Part shown: one piece after another, positions 48,666-58,091 of the stretch
Layout of the letters: each line of letters opens with the position of its first letter
Position numbering within the stretch: the first letter of the stretch is position 1
From: Clostridia bacterium
Lineage (GTDB): Bacteria > Bacillota > Clostridia > Oscillospirales > CAG-272
Length of the DNA stretch: 64,000 nt
Assembly (NCBI GenBank): GCA_017502875.1
Contig: JAFVUF010000017.1
Span: forward strand, 32,772 to 96,771
Reading direction: 5' to 3'
The notes under the pieces: generated by a model
Database searches by the model: none
Seen by the model: only the letters and a program-made list of their open reading frames with translations
What the model was told of the DNA's origin: nothing
Translations under genes and position numbers: made by a program

Positions 48666-49668
48666 AGAATTCCTCTGATGCCGCAAAGAACGCATCAATA
48701 TTCTTCCAAGGAGTCATAGGCGGCATATCACAGCCTGATGACAGAACGAAGTTTTCATATTTACAGCATTTTTCCATAAGAGAAATCGTAGCTTCTCTTA
48801 CGCCTTCGGGAGTTCCCATACGGAGCACGCCCGCAGGATCAATGTTGCCCATTACTACGGTATCCGCGGGAACCTGGGAGATTATATCCTTCTCCATATC
48901 AACGGCGTTACCGAAATGGTACGCCGCGCAGCCCGTACTGAGTATTGAGTCAAGCATTTTGGGAACGTTATCTCCGCAGTTGTGATAGATGAGAACGAAC
49001 TCATCATCCTGTATCGCCTCAGCAATCTTCTTTACGTAAGGCGAGGAAAATTCCTCCTCAAGCGAGGGAGAGAGCAATCCTGCTACCGGCTCTGCCATTA
49101 CTATTCCGTTAGCGCCAACAGCCTTGTATGCCTTTGCGTATTCGATAAGAAAATCCGTAACCTTTTCCATTACGAGATGTACCATATCGGGATCGTCGTA
49201 GCAGTCCATCATAATCTCTGAAACGTCAAGAAGTCTTGCCGCCAATGAAAACGGACCTATCATTCCCGCAAGCACAGGGCGGTCGGTAATTATTTCGGAC
49301 GCCTTTTTGATTGCATCAATGTATATCTGCGTTCTACCGCTTCCGATAGCAGGAACTTCAAGCGCCTGCGCTTCGTCCATATCGTTGATAATTCTTCCCT
49401 TAACAGTAGGAACCTCGTCATCAGATACGGAAACTGTCGCGCCAAAGCACTCAGCCTCGACTGATAAATCCATGAAGCTTACAGAGGCGGCGGCGTCTGT
49501 TCTGTCCGCGACAAGCTTCATTCCCTTTGCCTGAAGCGCGCTGTCGGATATGAGCTCACGAACAGTTATGCCAAGAAGGCTTACGCAAGGAAATGAAAGC
49601 ACAGGTATAGGCTTTTTAGGTTGTGTTCCTTTTAAGCTCTCTACCCAATTTTTCATATTGTATTTCAC
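48655..49668 (-). CDS. MtaA/CmuA-type methylcobamide methyltransferase (URO-D superfamily, Zn site present)
   Basis: 337 aa. IYHNCGD and SSGCDMPP give the His-x-Cys...Cys zinc triad typical of MtaA/MtbA-like MT-II enzymes. Confidence 0.8.
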   Translation of the reverse strand: MKYNMKNWVESLKGTQPKKPIPVLSFPCVSLLGITVRELISDSALQAKGMKLVADRTDAAASVSFMDLSVEAECFGATVSVSDDEVPTVKGRIINDMDEAQALEVPAIGSGRTQIYIDAIKKASEIITDRPVLAGMIGPFSLAARLLDVSEIMMDCYDDPDMVHLVMEKVTDFLIEYAKAYKAVGANGIVMAEPVAGLLSPSLEEEFSSPYVKKIAEAIQDDEFVLIYHNCGDNVPKMLDSILSTGCAAYHFGNAVDMEKDIISQVPADTVVMGNIDPAGVLRMGTPEGVREATISLMEKCCKYENFVLSSGCDMPPMTPWKNIDAFFAASEEFYGK

Positions 49669-49690
49669 AGAGAATTCTCCTTTTCAAAAT

Positions 49691-50752
49691 TCATCTCTTT
49701 CTCATTCTTTCAAAGCACTCATTATACCAGAGCGCGTTTTCAACAGGAGTGTTTGCAGGTATGTGATTTCCCACCGCCATAATGAAACCGGGACACTTCT
49801 TTCCAATATCCATACAGCGCTTTACTTCGTTTTCTATAGCTTCTTTAGTTCCACTCAGAAGTATTCTCGTATCCGCATTTCCAATAAACGAATGTGTTCT
49901 TCCGTATTTCTGAGCAATATACTCCATATCAGTAGTAGGCTCCATAACAAATCCGTCAAATCCACATTCAGCTATATCATCAATAAACACATTATACGTA
50001 CCGTCGGAAGTGAAAAGAACCTTTTTCCCAGCCTGCTTGAGAGGATCGAGATATCTTTTATAACAGGGGAAAACGTATTTTCTGTACCATTCAGGTGATA
50101 CAAACGGTCCTGATGTCCATACAATATCGTCATGTATCATAATGACAGGCGCATCACTGTCTGCAAAAGCATTATAGTATTTTTGAATCCACTGGGAATA
50201 GCGTTCGAGCACCTTTCCCATTTGTTCAGAATCCTCTGCTAATCCATCAAGCAAAAGCTCCCAGCCGAACAGATCTATGAGCGCAGAAACAGCCGTTACG
50301 TATGTCCCCATCGTATTTACAAGATCAGGATCTCTACTGCACTTAGATGCATATCCATTATTGAACCTTTTTACAAGCTCACTATGTGTATATGAAGGCA
50401 ACAATTTCATCGCATCAAAGCTTAAAACGTCATCAACATTATTAAAATAAGACTTTATTTCGCTATCATAATCCGTGTTTCCGGCACTGTAAGCCGCGTG
50501 TCCCATTTTTGTACGTACTTCACCGAACTCAGATGCTTCAACATCTATAGACCATTCAAGCCCGTAATCCCAAGCCTTTCTGAATTCTGATCCAGCCTTC
50601 CTCTTGTCGTCTTCACTTGACGTAGGTGTAAGAGTCGTTCCGAGAACAGCATTAATAAGATCTAAATGATATAAAGCGGCTGAGTACTCTGTTCGTGGAA
50701 CTCTGTCGGGCATTTCTAGATTAATCGCCGCTATACCGTCACTATATGACAT
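49691..50752 (-). CDS. URO-D superfamily methyltransferase paralogue (putative substrate:corrinoid MT-I)
   Basis: 353 aa with a MPDRVPRTE N-terminus and a TIM-barrel-like URO-D pattern. It lacks the HxC motif of the MtaA-like neighbour. Confidence 0.6.
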   Translation of the reverse strand: MSYSDGIAAINLEMPDRVPRTEYSAALYHLDLINAVLGTTLTPTSSEDDKRKAGSEFRKAWDYGLEWSIDVEASEFGEVRTKMGHAAYSAGNTDYDSEIKSYFNNVDDVLSFDAMKLLPSYTHSELVKRFNNGYASKCSRDPDLVNTMGTYVTAVSALIDLFGWELLLDGLAEDSEQMGKVLERYSQWIQKYYNAFADSDAPVIMIHDDIVWTSGPFVSPEWYRKYVFPCYKRYLDPLKQAGKKVLFTSDGTYNVFIDDIAECGFDGFVMEPTTDMEYIAQKYGRTHSFIGNADTRILLSGTKEAIENEVKRCMDIGKKCPGFIMAVGNHIPANTPVENALWYNECFERMRKR

Positions 50753-50771
50753 TTATATCAGCCCCTTTAAT

Positions 50772-51401
50772 TTATTTGCAAAGCTCGACTGCTGCGTCAG
50801 CAGCGGAAGCCGCGTCAGAGGTGTAGCAATCTGCACCAATCATACGGCAGAATTCCTCGGAAACGGGAGCGCCACCTATCATTATCTTTACCTTATCACG
50901 AATACCCGCATCTTCCGCAGCCTTAACTACGTCGCCCATAACGCCCATTGTGGTCGTAAGAAGCGCAGAGCAGCAGATGATCTGACAGTCATTCTCGATG
51001 GCGGCATTTACAAATGCTTCGGGAGATACGTCGGTTCCGAGGTCAATAACCTCAAGGCCCTTGCCCTCAAGCATCATTTTTACAAGGTTCTTACCGATAT
51101 CGTGAAGGTCTCCCTGAACGGTACCTATGCAAACCTTACCCTTTGCCTGTACTCCATCGCTTGCGAGCAGAGGCTTGAGAACCTGCATACCCATATTCAT
51201 AGCTCTTGCCGCAACAAGAACCTCAGGAACGTAAACCTCGTTATTCTTGAACTTTTCGCCAATAACGTTCATTCCGTCAAGCAGCGCGGAAAGAATATCC
51301 TTGCTTGCGACGCCCTCGTCAATTGCGGTCTGTACCTGCTCCTTTACGAGCTTTGCTTTGCCCTTCTGAAGATTTTCGCTGATTTCGTTGATAATGCTCA
51401 T
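50772..51401 (-). CDS. Corrinoid (cobalamin-binding) protein
   Basis: 209 aa. Helical cap plus Rossmann domain with the DxHxxG motif in GTVQGDLHDIGKNLV. Confidence 0.92.
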   Translation of the reverse strand: MSIINEISENLQKGKAKLVKEQVQTAIDEGVASKDILSALLDGMNVIGEKFKNNEVYVPEVLVAARAMNMGMQVLKPLLASDGVQAKGKVCIGTVQGDLHDIGKNLVKMMLEGKGLEVIDLGTDVSPEAFVNAAIENDCQIICCSALLTTTMGVMGDVVKAAEDAGIRDKVKIMIGGAPVSEEFCRMIGADCYTSDAASAADAAVELCK

Positions 51402-51475
51402 TGTTTTTTTCTCCTTGATTTATAAAAAAATATTTATTACAGTTTTCTCAGCCTCAGTCTCATCGTTAAATGAAG

Positions 51476-53032
51476 CTAATGCTCTTTGTTATCATTAAAT
51501 TCACAGCAAATTTTATAAGCAATATTTGCGCAAGTTGCGGCATCAGAGCTATAAAAGTCTGCTCCAATCTCTCGGCAGTATCTCTCTGAAACCGGCGCTC
51601 CGCCGATAAGAATCTTAACCTTATCGCGAATCCCGGCTTCGACTGCCTTCTTTACAACGTCTGCCATTACTCCAAGCGTAGTAGTTAAGAGAGCCGAGCA
51701 GCATATCGCGCGGCAGTCTTGTTCTATCGCTGTTTTTATGAATTCATCAGGGGAAACGTCGGTTCCGAGATCGATAACCTCTATTCCTCTTCCCTCCAGC
51801 ATCATTTTGACGAGGTTCTTTCCTATGTCGTGAAGATCACCTTGAACCGTTCCTATACAAACTCTACCTACAGGCTTTATTCCATCTTTAACAAGCAAGG
51901 GACGTAGCAACTGAATACCGGTATTCATCGCTCGGGCTGAGACTAAAACCTCCGGAACGTACGCACGGTTGTTAATAAACTTCTCTCCAACCGTATTCAT
52001 ACCGTTTAGAAGCGCGTTAAGAATTTCCTGAGTGGTGATTTTAAGGTTAATTGCTTCTTCTATCAGTTCCTTTATTTTCTTTGACTCACCCGATGAAATT
52101 GCCTCAGTTATTTCATTAAGTACGCTTCCTATACGTTTATCAAACTTACTTTTGGATACGAATACCTGCTGTCTGTACTGCTTCGGAGTCATACCTATAA
52201 GCTGTTGGAAATTGCGGTAAAATGACGGCAAATCCTTCAGTCCGCACCTTGAAACCACCTCATCTACCGCAACGTCAGTATACTGCAACAGACGGCAAGC
52301 GTGGCTGATTCTTACTCTGCGAAGATAACTTGAAAAGGGTTCGCCGGTAAGTCGGTTAAAAATACGGCTGAGCTGTGATTTACTTATGTAAAGCGATAGC
52401 GCTATGCTTTCAAGAGTAAGCTCGCTGTCCTGAAATCTATCGGTTACCATACGTATAGCCGACGATACTATGTGCCATTCCTTTGGCGGAAAGGTCTGGG
52501 CGTTTCTTATCGCGCTGTTGACGTAACGGCAAAGCGTTATAAACGTCAGCGTAATATTTGCCCTTACTGCCGATAGCCATTCCTGCTTTTTATCCTTTAT
52601 TTCATCGCTTATTTTGTCAAAAAGCTGTTCAAGCTCCGCTTTTGTTTTTGAATTAAGCATAGCATATGCTGATATCGAATTATCCCTGAATAACCCAAAG
52701 CAAAACCTTGTATCTCCGGGTATCTCCGTTCCGTCCGAATAAAACGCGTTAAGATCTACAAGAACGCGACGAATATTAAGAGACGTGTTTTCTTTATTAA
52801 CAAAATACGCATGCGGAATATGCGCAGGTATCAGAAATATATCGTTTTCTTTGCAGGGGACCGTTTGATTCATTATCTGATGTATACCGCTTCCGGATAC
52901 GATAAGTGCTATTTCAAGCTTGTCGCATGCTTCTACCCTTGAAAATGAAACGGTTGGATCGTATAATTCACTTACACTGTCCAGACTGTAGCAAATCGGA
53001 GACAGCGAATTATTACATTGAGGTTTACTCAT
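51476..53032 (-). CDS. AraC family regulator fused to a C-terminal corrinoid-binding module
   Basis: 518 aa. Cupin-like N-terminus, then AraC HTH (SQLSRIFNRLTGEPFSSYLRRVRISHACRLL...GMTPKQYR). From ~aa 300 there is a B12 cap plus Rossmann domain with GTVQGDLHDIGKNLVKMMLEG. Confidence 0.85.
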   Translation of the reverse strand: MSKPQCNNSLSPICYSLDSVSELYDPTVSFSRVEACDKLEIALIVSGSGIHQIMNQTVPCKENDIFLIPAHIPHAYFVNKENTSLNIRRVLVDLNAFYSDGTEIPGDTRFCFGLFRDNSISAYAMLNSKTKAELEQLFDKISDEIKDKKQEWLSAVRANITLTFITLCRYVNSAIRNAQTFPPKEWHIVSSAIRMVTDRFQDSELTLESIALSLYISKSQLSRIFNRLTGEPFSSYLRRVRISHACRLLQYTDVAVDEVVSRCGLKDLPSFYRNFQQLIGMTPKQYRQQVFVSKSKFDKRIGSVLNEITEAISSGESKKIKELIEEAINLKITTQEILNALLNGMNTVGEKFINNRAYVPEVLVSARAMNTGIQLLRPLLVKDGIKPVGRVCIGTVQGDLHDIGKNLVKMMLEGRGIEVIDLGTDVSPDEFIKTAIEQDCRAICCSALLTTTLGVMADVVKKAVEAGIRDKVKILIGGAPVSERYCREIGADFYSSDAATCANIAYKICCEFNDNKEH

Positions 53033-53079
53033 TACTGAAACATCTCCATTAAGAATTTACAGTTTGAATAATGGTTATA

Positions 53080-54198
53080 TTAAGGCTTAATCTTCTTGAT
53101 TTCATCTGCGTAATACTGAACAAGCTCGAATTTAGTGCCGGGCATAAGTAAATGGTCGGGGCAAGGAATAAATCCACCAAGTGATGCAAGACGCTTCATT
53201 CTCTCAATCTCAGCGTCAACCGCCGCCTTATCCTCTCGCAGCACTCTTTTATCCATTCCGCCAACGCCAAGCATTCCTTTTCCAAAGCGCTTTCTCGCAG
53301 GCTCAAATTGGTCTCCCCAAACACCTACTTCTATTGGAAACATCGTGTTTACACCGTTTTCAAACCAAACAGGCAGCAGCTGTTCGACAACACCGTCGCA
53401 GTCCAGGGAAATTATATCTATTCCGTGTTTATGGCATAGGTCATTACGTTTTTTGTAGTGCTTAGCGCAAAGCTCTTCGAATTTATCGGGGGCAACAAGC
53501 GGTCCGTTTTTAAAGCATATATCCTCCCAATAGTGCGCGAAATCAAATTTTACGCCCGTATTAAGCACAGCCTCAATACATTTATACTGCATATCGGCGT
53601 AAGCGTCAATGATATCAGCAAGTAAATCCTCGTCCTCGTCATACATAAGATAACTCATGCCGAGAACACTAGTCATACTTCTTATATCACCAAGTACACT
53701 TCCAATACTAATACCTCTCGGTCTGTCATATTTTTCCATATCGTTGTATTTTTCGAAAAACTCAGCAGATACTCTATCAGGTGTGAATTGCATTTTCGGA
53801 AGATATAGCTCTTCAAACGCAGCTCTGTCCTTTAACGTGTAGTCGTCTTCTGAGGGAATGGAGGTCTTTCCGGGTTTTACTCTTTCAATAATACCTTCAT
53901 TATTTATTATGCGGCGTTCTCCGTTTGGAAGAACCTCAAGCACCTTTTTTTCAAATTGTGGCAAAAGCTTGTGCTTGGGTTCGATAGCGCACGCCCAGTT
54001 AAAATCCCAACCTATGAGCTTATCAAGCTCTGCATCAGCTTCATTTGATTGGCGCCAATTTTCCGCAAGACTTTTCGGGATTTTTCCTTGCTTAGCCCAC
54101 TCGTAAAGGAGCTCTTCCCAATATCCGAAATGAACAGCAGGAAGTCTGTCCACAGGCTTATAATGAAGTAAATTAAGCGCTCTTTCTCTATTTGTCAT
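53080..54198 (-). CDS. URO-D superfamily methyltransferase paralogue (putative substrate:corrinoid MT-I)
   Basis: Start at MTNRERALNLL (GGAGG 6 nt upstream; the track ORF is 6 codons longer). URO-D-like C-terminal half (FENGVNTMFPIEV...GGFIPCPDH). Confidence 0.65.
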   Translation of the reverse strand: MTNRERALNLLHYKPVDRLPAVHFGYWEELLYEWAKQGKIPKSLAENWRQSNEADAELDKLIGWDFNWACAIEPKHKLLPQFEKKVLEVLPNGERRIINNEGIIERVKPGKTSIPSEDDYTLKDRAAFEELYLPKMQFTPDRVSAEFFEKYNDMEKYDRPRGISIGSVLGDIRSMTSVLGMSYLMYDEDEDLLADIIDAYADMQYKCIEAVLNTGVKFDFAHYWEDICFKNGPLVAPDKFEELCAKHYKKRNDLCHKHGIDIISLDCDGVVEQLLPVWFENGVNTMFPIEVGVWGDQFEPARKRFGKGMLGVGGMDKRVLREDKAAVDAEIERMKRLASLGGFIPCPDHLLMPGTKFELVQYYADEIKKIKP

Positions 54199-54285
54199 AA
54201 AAACCTCCAAAAACATCTATGTCGATTTTCAATCTGTGGTCTTAAATAAACAAAGTTAAACATATCAGACGCGCAGTATACAAAT

Positions 54286-54313
54286 ATTATAACAGAAAAA
54301 AACTAAAAGTAAA
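54286..54313 (-). promoter_or_regulatory. Candidate promoter of the methyltransferase cluster
   Basis: On the minus strand: TTTACT (54313-54308), 16 nt, TGT-TATAAT (tataat at 54291-54286). It lies ~80 nt upstream of the first gene. Confidence 0.4.
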
Positions 54314-54554
54314 TGCGGTACTGTTCTTTTTTTGTACCCCTTATGCAACAAAACCAAGTATAATTTAAACAACGCATGAATTAAGGATATTATGCGCTCA
54401 AAAAGATATTCGGAAAAATAAAAACTTTGGCACTCTGAAACGCTACATAAAAAAATGCGTAAAATCAAAATTAAATGATATTGTTCGTAAATAAATGATA
54501 ATTTAGCAACAAATTATGTGCAGATTTATAAAATTGAATTAATATTAACACACG

Positions 54555-55568
54555 CTAATTCACCTTATTTTTAGGTTCGCCGCGCAAAAAAGCAGCGATG
54601 TTTTCGGCTGCTATATTGACAAGTCGCTGTCTTGTTTCCTTTGCCGCCCACGCTATGTGAGGTGTAATATAGCAGTTATCTATGCCGTAAAGCGCGCAGT
54701 CCTTTTGCATAGGCTCTATCGAAACGGTATCGACGCAAGCGGCGTATATACTGCCGTTTTTTAATGCGTTTGCGAGAGCTTCCTCATCTACTACTCCGCC
54801 TCTTGCCGTATTAATCAGCACCGCAGTTTTTTTCATAAGTGAAAGCGTATCCTCATTCACTATTTTAGCGGTATCAGAATTAAGCGGACAGTGTACGGTA
54901 AGGTAATCGCTTCTTGAAAACAGCTCTTCCTTTGTAACAAATTCATAAGGACAGCCGTTATTTCTTCTCGAATGTACAATTATCTGCATTCCATAGACCT
55001 TGGCAATCTCCGCAACCCTTTTACCTATGCTTCCGTAGCCAAGTATTCCAAGGGTTTTTCCTTTAAGCTCCGTTATCGGAAAAGGATAGTAGCAAAACGA
55101 CTTGGATTTTTTCCAATCACCCGAATTTACGGAATCAATGTATTTTCCAAGCGATGATGAAACGTACAAAATAAAGCTAAACACGTGCTGAGCAACCGCA
55201 TCGGTTGAATATCCCGCAACGTTACAGACTGTTATTCCCTTTTGGCTTGCGTAATCGATATCGATATTGTTATATCCCGTTGCAAAAAGCCCTATATATT
55301 TTAGCTTCGGACAGGCATCGATAACAGTCCTGTCAATGACGGTTTTATTTACGATTACTCCGTCATAGTTTTTAACCGTTTCAATGACCTTATCTTTATC
55401 TATTCTTGCGTAATAATCAATATCGGCGGCGTTTTCAAGCAGCGAAAAATCAATATCGCCGTTAGTTACGCTATCACGCTCCAGTACTGCAATCTTCATG
55501 TTTAAAATATTTACGTTTAAACCACAAACACAAGATTTAAAGGTACAGTCTTCAGGATTCACATACAT
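54555..55568 (-). CDS. D-isomer-specific 2-hydroxyacid dehydrogenase
   Basis: NAD motif GILGYGSIGKRVA and catalytic R/E/H (TARGGVVDEEAL, ITPHIAW). Start is uncertain: 55568 has an AAAGGTGG SD, while 55499 gives the family-typical MKIAVL N-terminus. Confidence 0.85.
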   Translation of the reverse strand: MYVNPEDCTFKSCVCGLNVNILNMKIAVLERDSVTNGDIDFSLLENAADIDYYARIDKDKVIETVKNYDGVIVNKTVIDRTVIDACPKLKYIGLFATGYNNIDIDYASQKGITVCNVAGYSTDAVAQHVFSFILYVSSSLGKYIDSVNSGDWKKSKSFCYYPFPITELKGKTLGILGYGSIGKRVAEIAKVYGMQIIVHSRRNNGCPYEFVTKEELFSRSDYLTVHCPLNSDTAKIVNEDTLSLMKKTAVLINTARGGVVDEEALANALKNGSIYAACVDTVSIEPMQKDCALYGIDNCYITPHIAWAAKETRQRLVNIAAENIAAFLRGEPKNKVN

Positions 55569-55823
55569 AATATAAACCACCTTTCCCACCGATGCGTAGC
55601 TCTTTTTCGGCATAATCGTTTATGCTGCTCTAAATAAAGTCGAGTATTTCGCACGTAGTGTGTAAGTCATTATCATTCTTTTTCAGTCGCAACACAGTTG
55701 CACAAATACATTATATAGTTTTAAACTTTACTTGTCAAGATATCTTTATTTTGGTTGTAATATTGACATTGGTATTGTTTAATGATATAATTAATTGATA
55801 TAAAACAAAAAGAGGCAAATAAT

Positions 55824-57026
55824 ATGTCCAATATATACTTAGACAATTCAGCGACAACAAAGCCGTGCGACGAGGCGATACACGCTATGGTTGAGGCTAT
55901 GAGCGAAAATTACGGTAATCCGTCCTCGCTTCACATGGCAGGAACCAGGGCCGCAGAGCTTCTTTTAAGCTCGCGCAACACTGTACTTGCAGCCTTATGG
56001 GGTACATATGTACGCTCAAAGCTTCCGAGAAAGCCTATGATGCGCGGCGGTGAGGAATACGGACGGCTTATATTCACCGCAAGCGGGACTGAATCAAACA
56101 ATCTCGCCATATTCGGAGCCGTAGAATCCTGCAAAATTAACGCGCCGGAAATAATTACGACTGACAGCGAGCACCCGGCTGTGCTGAGAGCCGTAGAAAA
56201 GCTTCAAGAAAAGGGTGTTAAGGTTTTCAAGCTTAAAACACTTGGCGGACGGATAGATATTGACGAGCTGAAATCGCTACTGTCGCCTAAAACAGCTCTT
56301 GTTTCGGTTATGTACGTTAACAACGAAACGGGTGCAATATACGACGTTGCTGAAATCTTTAAAACAGTTAAGTCTATCTCCCCTAATGCCGTATGTCATA
56401 CCGACTGCGTTCAGGCATTCCAGAAGCTTCCGTTTACTCCCAAAACGCTTAACGCCGATATGATAACAGTAAGCGCCCACAAGGTACACGGTCCGAAGGG
56501 TGTCGGCGCTCTTTGGGTAAGCCGTGAGCTTATAAACAAAAACAGACCGTTCCCTATCATTTTCGGCGGTGGCCAGGAAAGCTCCTTCCGTTCCGGGACT
56601 GAAAACATTCCCGGAATAGCTGCGTTTGCTGCCGCAACCGAGGCAAACGGCGGAGCTAAGGCTTATGAGGAATTTGGACGAAAAACAGAGGCATTAAAGA
56701 GGCTGCTTATACAGAGCCTGCCAGACGGCGTATCAGTAAACACGCCTCTTGGCAACAGCGCGCCTTATATCATCAGCCTTGCCTTGCCACTTCCAAAGAG
56801 CCAACCGATGCTTAACTATCTTTCGGCGCTTGGTATTTACGTTTCATCAGGCTCTGCCTGTTCTTCGCATAAAAATACAGTCAGCCACGTGCTTACCGCC
56901 TTCGGTATTTCAAACGCCGTTGCTGACGGTACTATACGAGTAAGTCTTGATATTTCAAATACCGAGGAAGAAATCCTTACATTTTGCGATGCTCTGTCGC
57001 AAGGGATAACAAAATTGGCAAAATAA
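55824..57026 (+). CDS. Cysteine desulfurase (NifS/IscS-like, class V aminotransferase)
   Basis: 400 aa with PLP lysine in SAHKVHGPKG and catalytic Cys in SSGSACSS. Confidence 0.9.
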   Translation: MSNIYLDNSATTKPCDEAIHAMVEAMSENYGNPSSLHMAGTRAAELLLSSRNTVLAALWGTYVRSKLPRKPMMRGGEEYGRLIFTASGTESNNLAIFGAVESCKINAPEIITTDSEHPAVLRAVEKLQEKGVKVFKLKTLGGRIDIDELKSLLSPKTALVSVMYVNNETGAIYDVAEIFKTVKSISPNAVCHTDCVQAFQKLPFTPKTLNADMITVSAHKVHGPKGVGALWVSRELINKNRPFPIIFGGGQESSFRSGTENIPGIAAFAAATEANGGAKAYEEFGRKTEALKRLLIQSLPDGVSVNTPLGNSAPYIISLALPLPKSQPMLNYLSALGIYVSSGSACSSHKNTVSHVLTAFGISNAVADGTIRVSLDISNTEEEILTFCDALSQGITKLAK

Positions 57027-57050
57027 AAAAGAGCGCTTAAAGCGCTCTTA
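57025..57050. terminator. Bidirectional terminator
   Basis: AGAGCGC-TTAAA-GCGCTCT with a flanking A-run, between the convergent desulfurase and spoIIIAH genes. Confidence 0.65.
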
Positions 57051-57056
57051 TGTAGC

Positions 57057-57644
57057 TTAGCATTTTTCGGTTATCTTGATGTTTTCGGGGGATATTCCGG
57101 ACTGCTCTATTACTATTTCCATTATCTGAGCAACCTCGTTTTGCATAAGCGCTCCATCAGTCTTGACGACTATATTTGCGTTTCCGTCATTGATGACCGC
57201 TATACATTCCTCAAAGCCCTTTGCCTTGATGAGTGTTTCGATATTTGCCTCCGATGCTATCTCGTCGGCTATTCGCGAAACGTCCGCTATTGCCTCAGCC
57301 TTTGCGCTTTCTATTGCGCTATCGCTGTCAATAACGAGCTGAAGCACCTCAAGCGCTTCGTCTCTTGCTTGCTGACGGCTTATCTGTACGGACGCAAAAT
57401 AGCTTGCGACGTTTTCGCTGCCGTTACCCGAATCGGTGCTTACCTGCTCGTTTCCGCCTGACTGCTCGCTATCGGACGGGATATCCTCTATTGGATCTTG
57501 ATTTCCGGAATACAGCGCCCAATTAATGCAAACAGCCGCCGCTACGAGTAATACCGCGGCGCATATAACGATATTTCTTTTTCCTACCTTTTTGAAGCCC
57601 TGCGCTATGTTTTCCGCGCTCTTTTTGATTTTTTCTCCTACCAT
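57057..57644 (-). CDS. spoIIIAH: Stage III sporulation protein AH-like
   Basis: 195 aa with an N-terminal TM anchor. YFASVQISRQQARDEALEVLQ and ETLIKAKGFEECIAVINDGNANIVVKT...L match the SpoIIIAH (YscJ/FliF-like) pattern. Confidence 0.75.
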   Translation of the reverse strand: MVGEKIKKSAENIAQGFKKVGKRNIVICAAVLLVAAAVCINWALYSGNQDPIEDIPSDSEQSGGNEQVSTDSGNGSENVASYFASVQISRQQARDEALEVLQLVIDSDSAIESAKAEAIADVSRIADEIASEANIETLIKAKGFEECIAVINDGNANIVVKTDGALMQNEVAQIMEIVIEQSGISPENIKITEKC

Positions 57645-57796
57645 AATGTTATTTCCTTTCTTCTGTTTGTAAACTCGGGACGTTTTACCCCTGCTTTTAC
57701 TCGTTAGTTAAGTTTATTCAAAATGAGCCGATTTTAGAACTAAAAAATGAATTTTATCTTTTCTTCTTGAATATCATATGCCAAAAGGAGATTATT

Positions 57797-58069
57797 ATGA
57801 TACATATAAACATTGATATCGACGGTATTGACTACGAAAAGGCTGTTCCGGTTATCGTACCGCTGATAATAAGCAATCCAATAGCCGCAAAGGCGGCTCA
57901 GTTAGCGCTTTTATCTAAATTTAAGAACAAATCTCAGTCTGAGCGCAACGCGATGTTCGTCAATTTTATTAACGAGCATAAAAACAAAATCATTAAGACC
58001 TGCAATGAAAAGGTCAATGAAAACGGCACTCTCGGTTATCTGTGCAACGTAAGCGCAGATATGATTTGA
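57797..58069 (+). CDS. Hypothetical small protein
   Basis: 90 aa from the ATG with an AAGGAG SD. No recognisable motif. Confidence 0.5.
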   Translation: MIHINIDIDGIDYEKAVPVIVPLIISNPIAAKAAQLALLSKFKNKSQSERNAMFVNFINEHKNKIIKTCNEKVNENGTLGYLCNVSADMI

Positions 58070-58091
58070 TAATCAAGGAAAGGACTTTAAA

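Noticed and set aside
54217-54554. Cobalamin riboswitch upstream of the corrinoid methyltransferase cluster
   Set aside because: The spacer is very AT-rich, and I find no GC-rich B12-box-like core on either strand. Only a promoter-like element is visible. The 67-aa ORF at 54265-54468 has no SD and looks spurious.
55569-55613. Longest start of the 2-hydroxyacid dehydrogenase ORF
   Set aside because: No SD is present, and the extra residues precede the family-typical MKIAVL N-terminus. The starts at 55568 or 55499 are more plausible.
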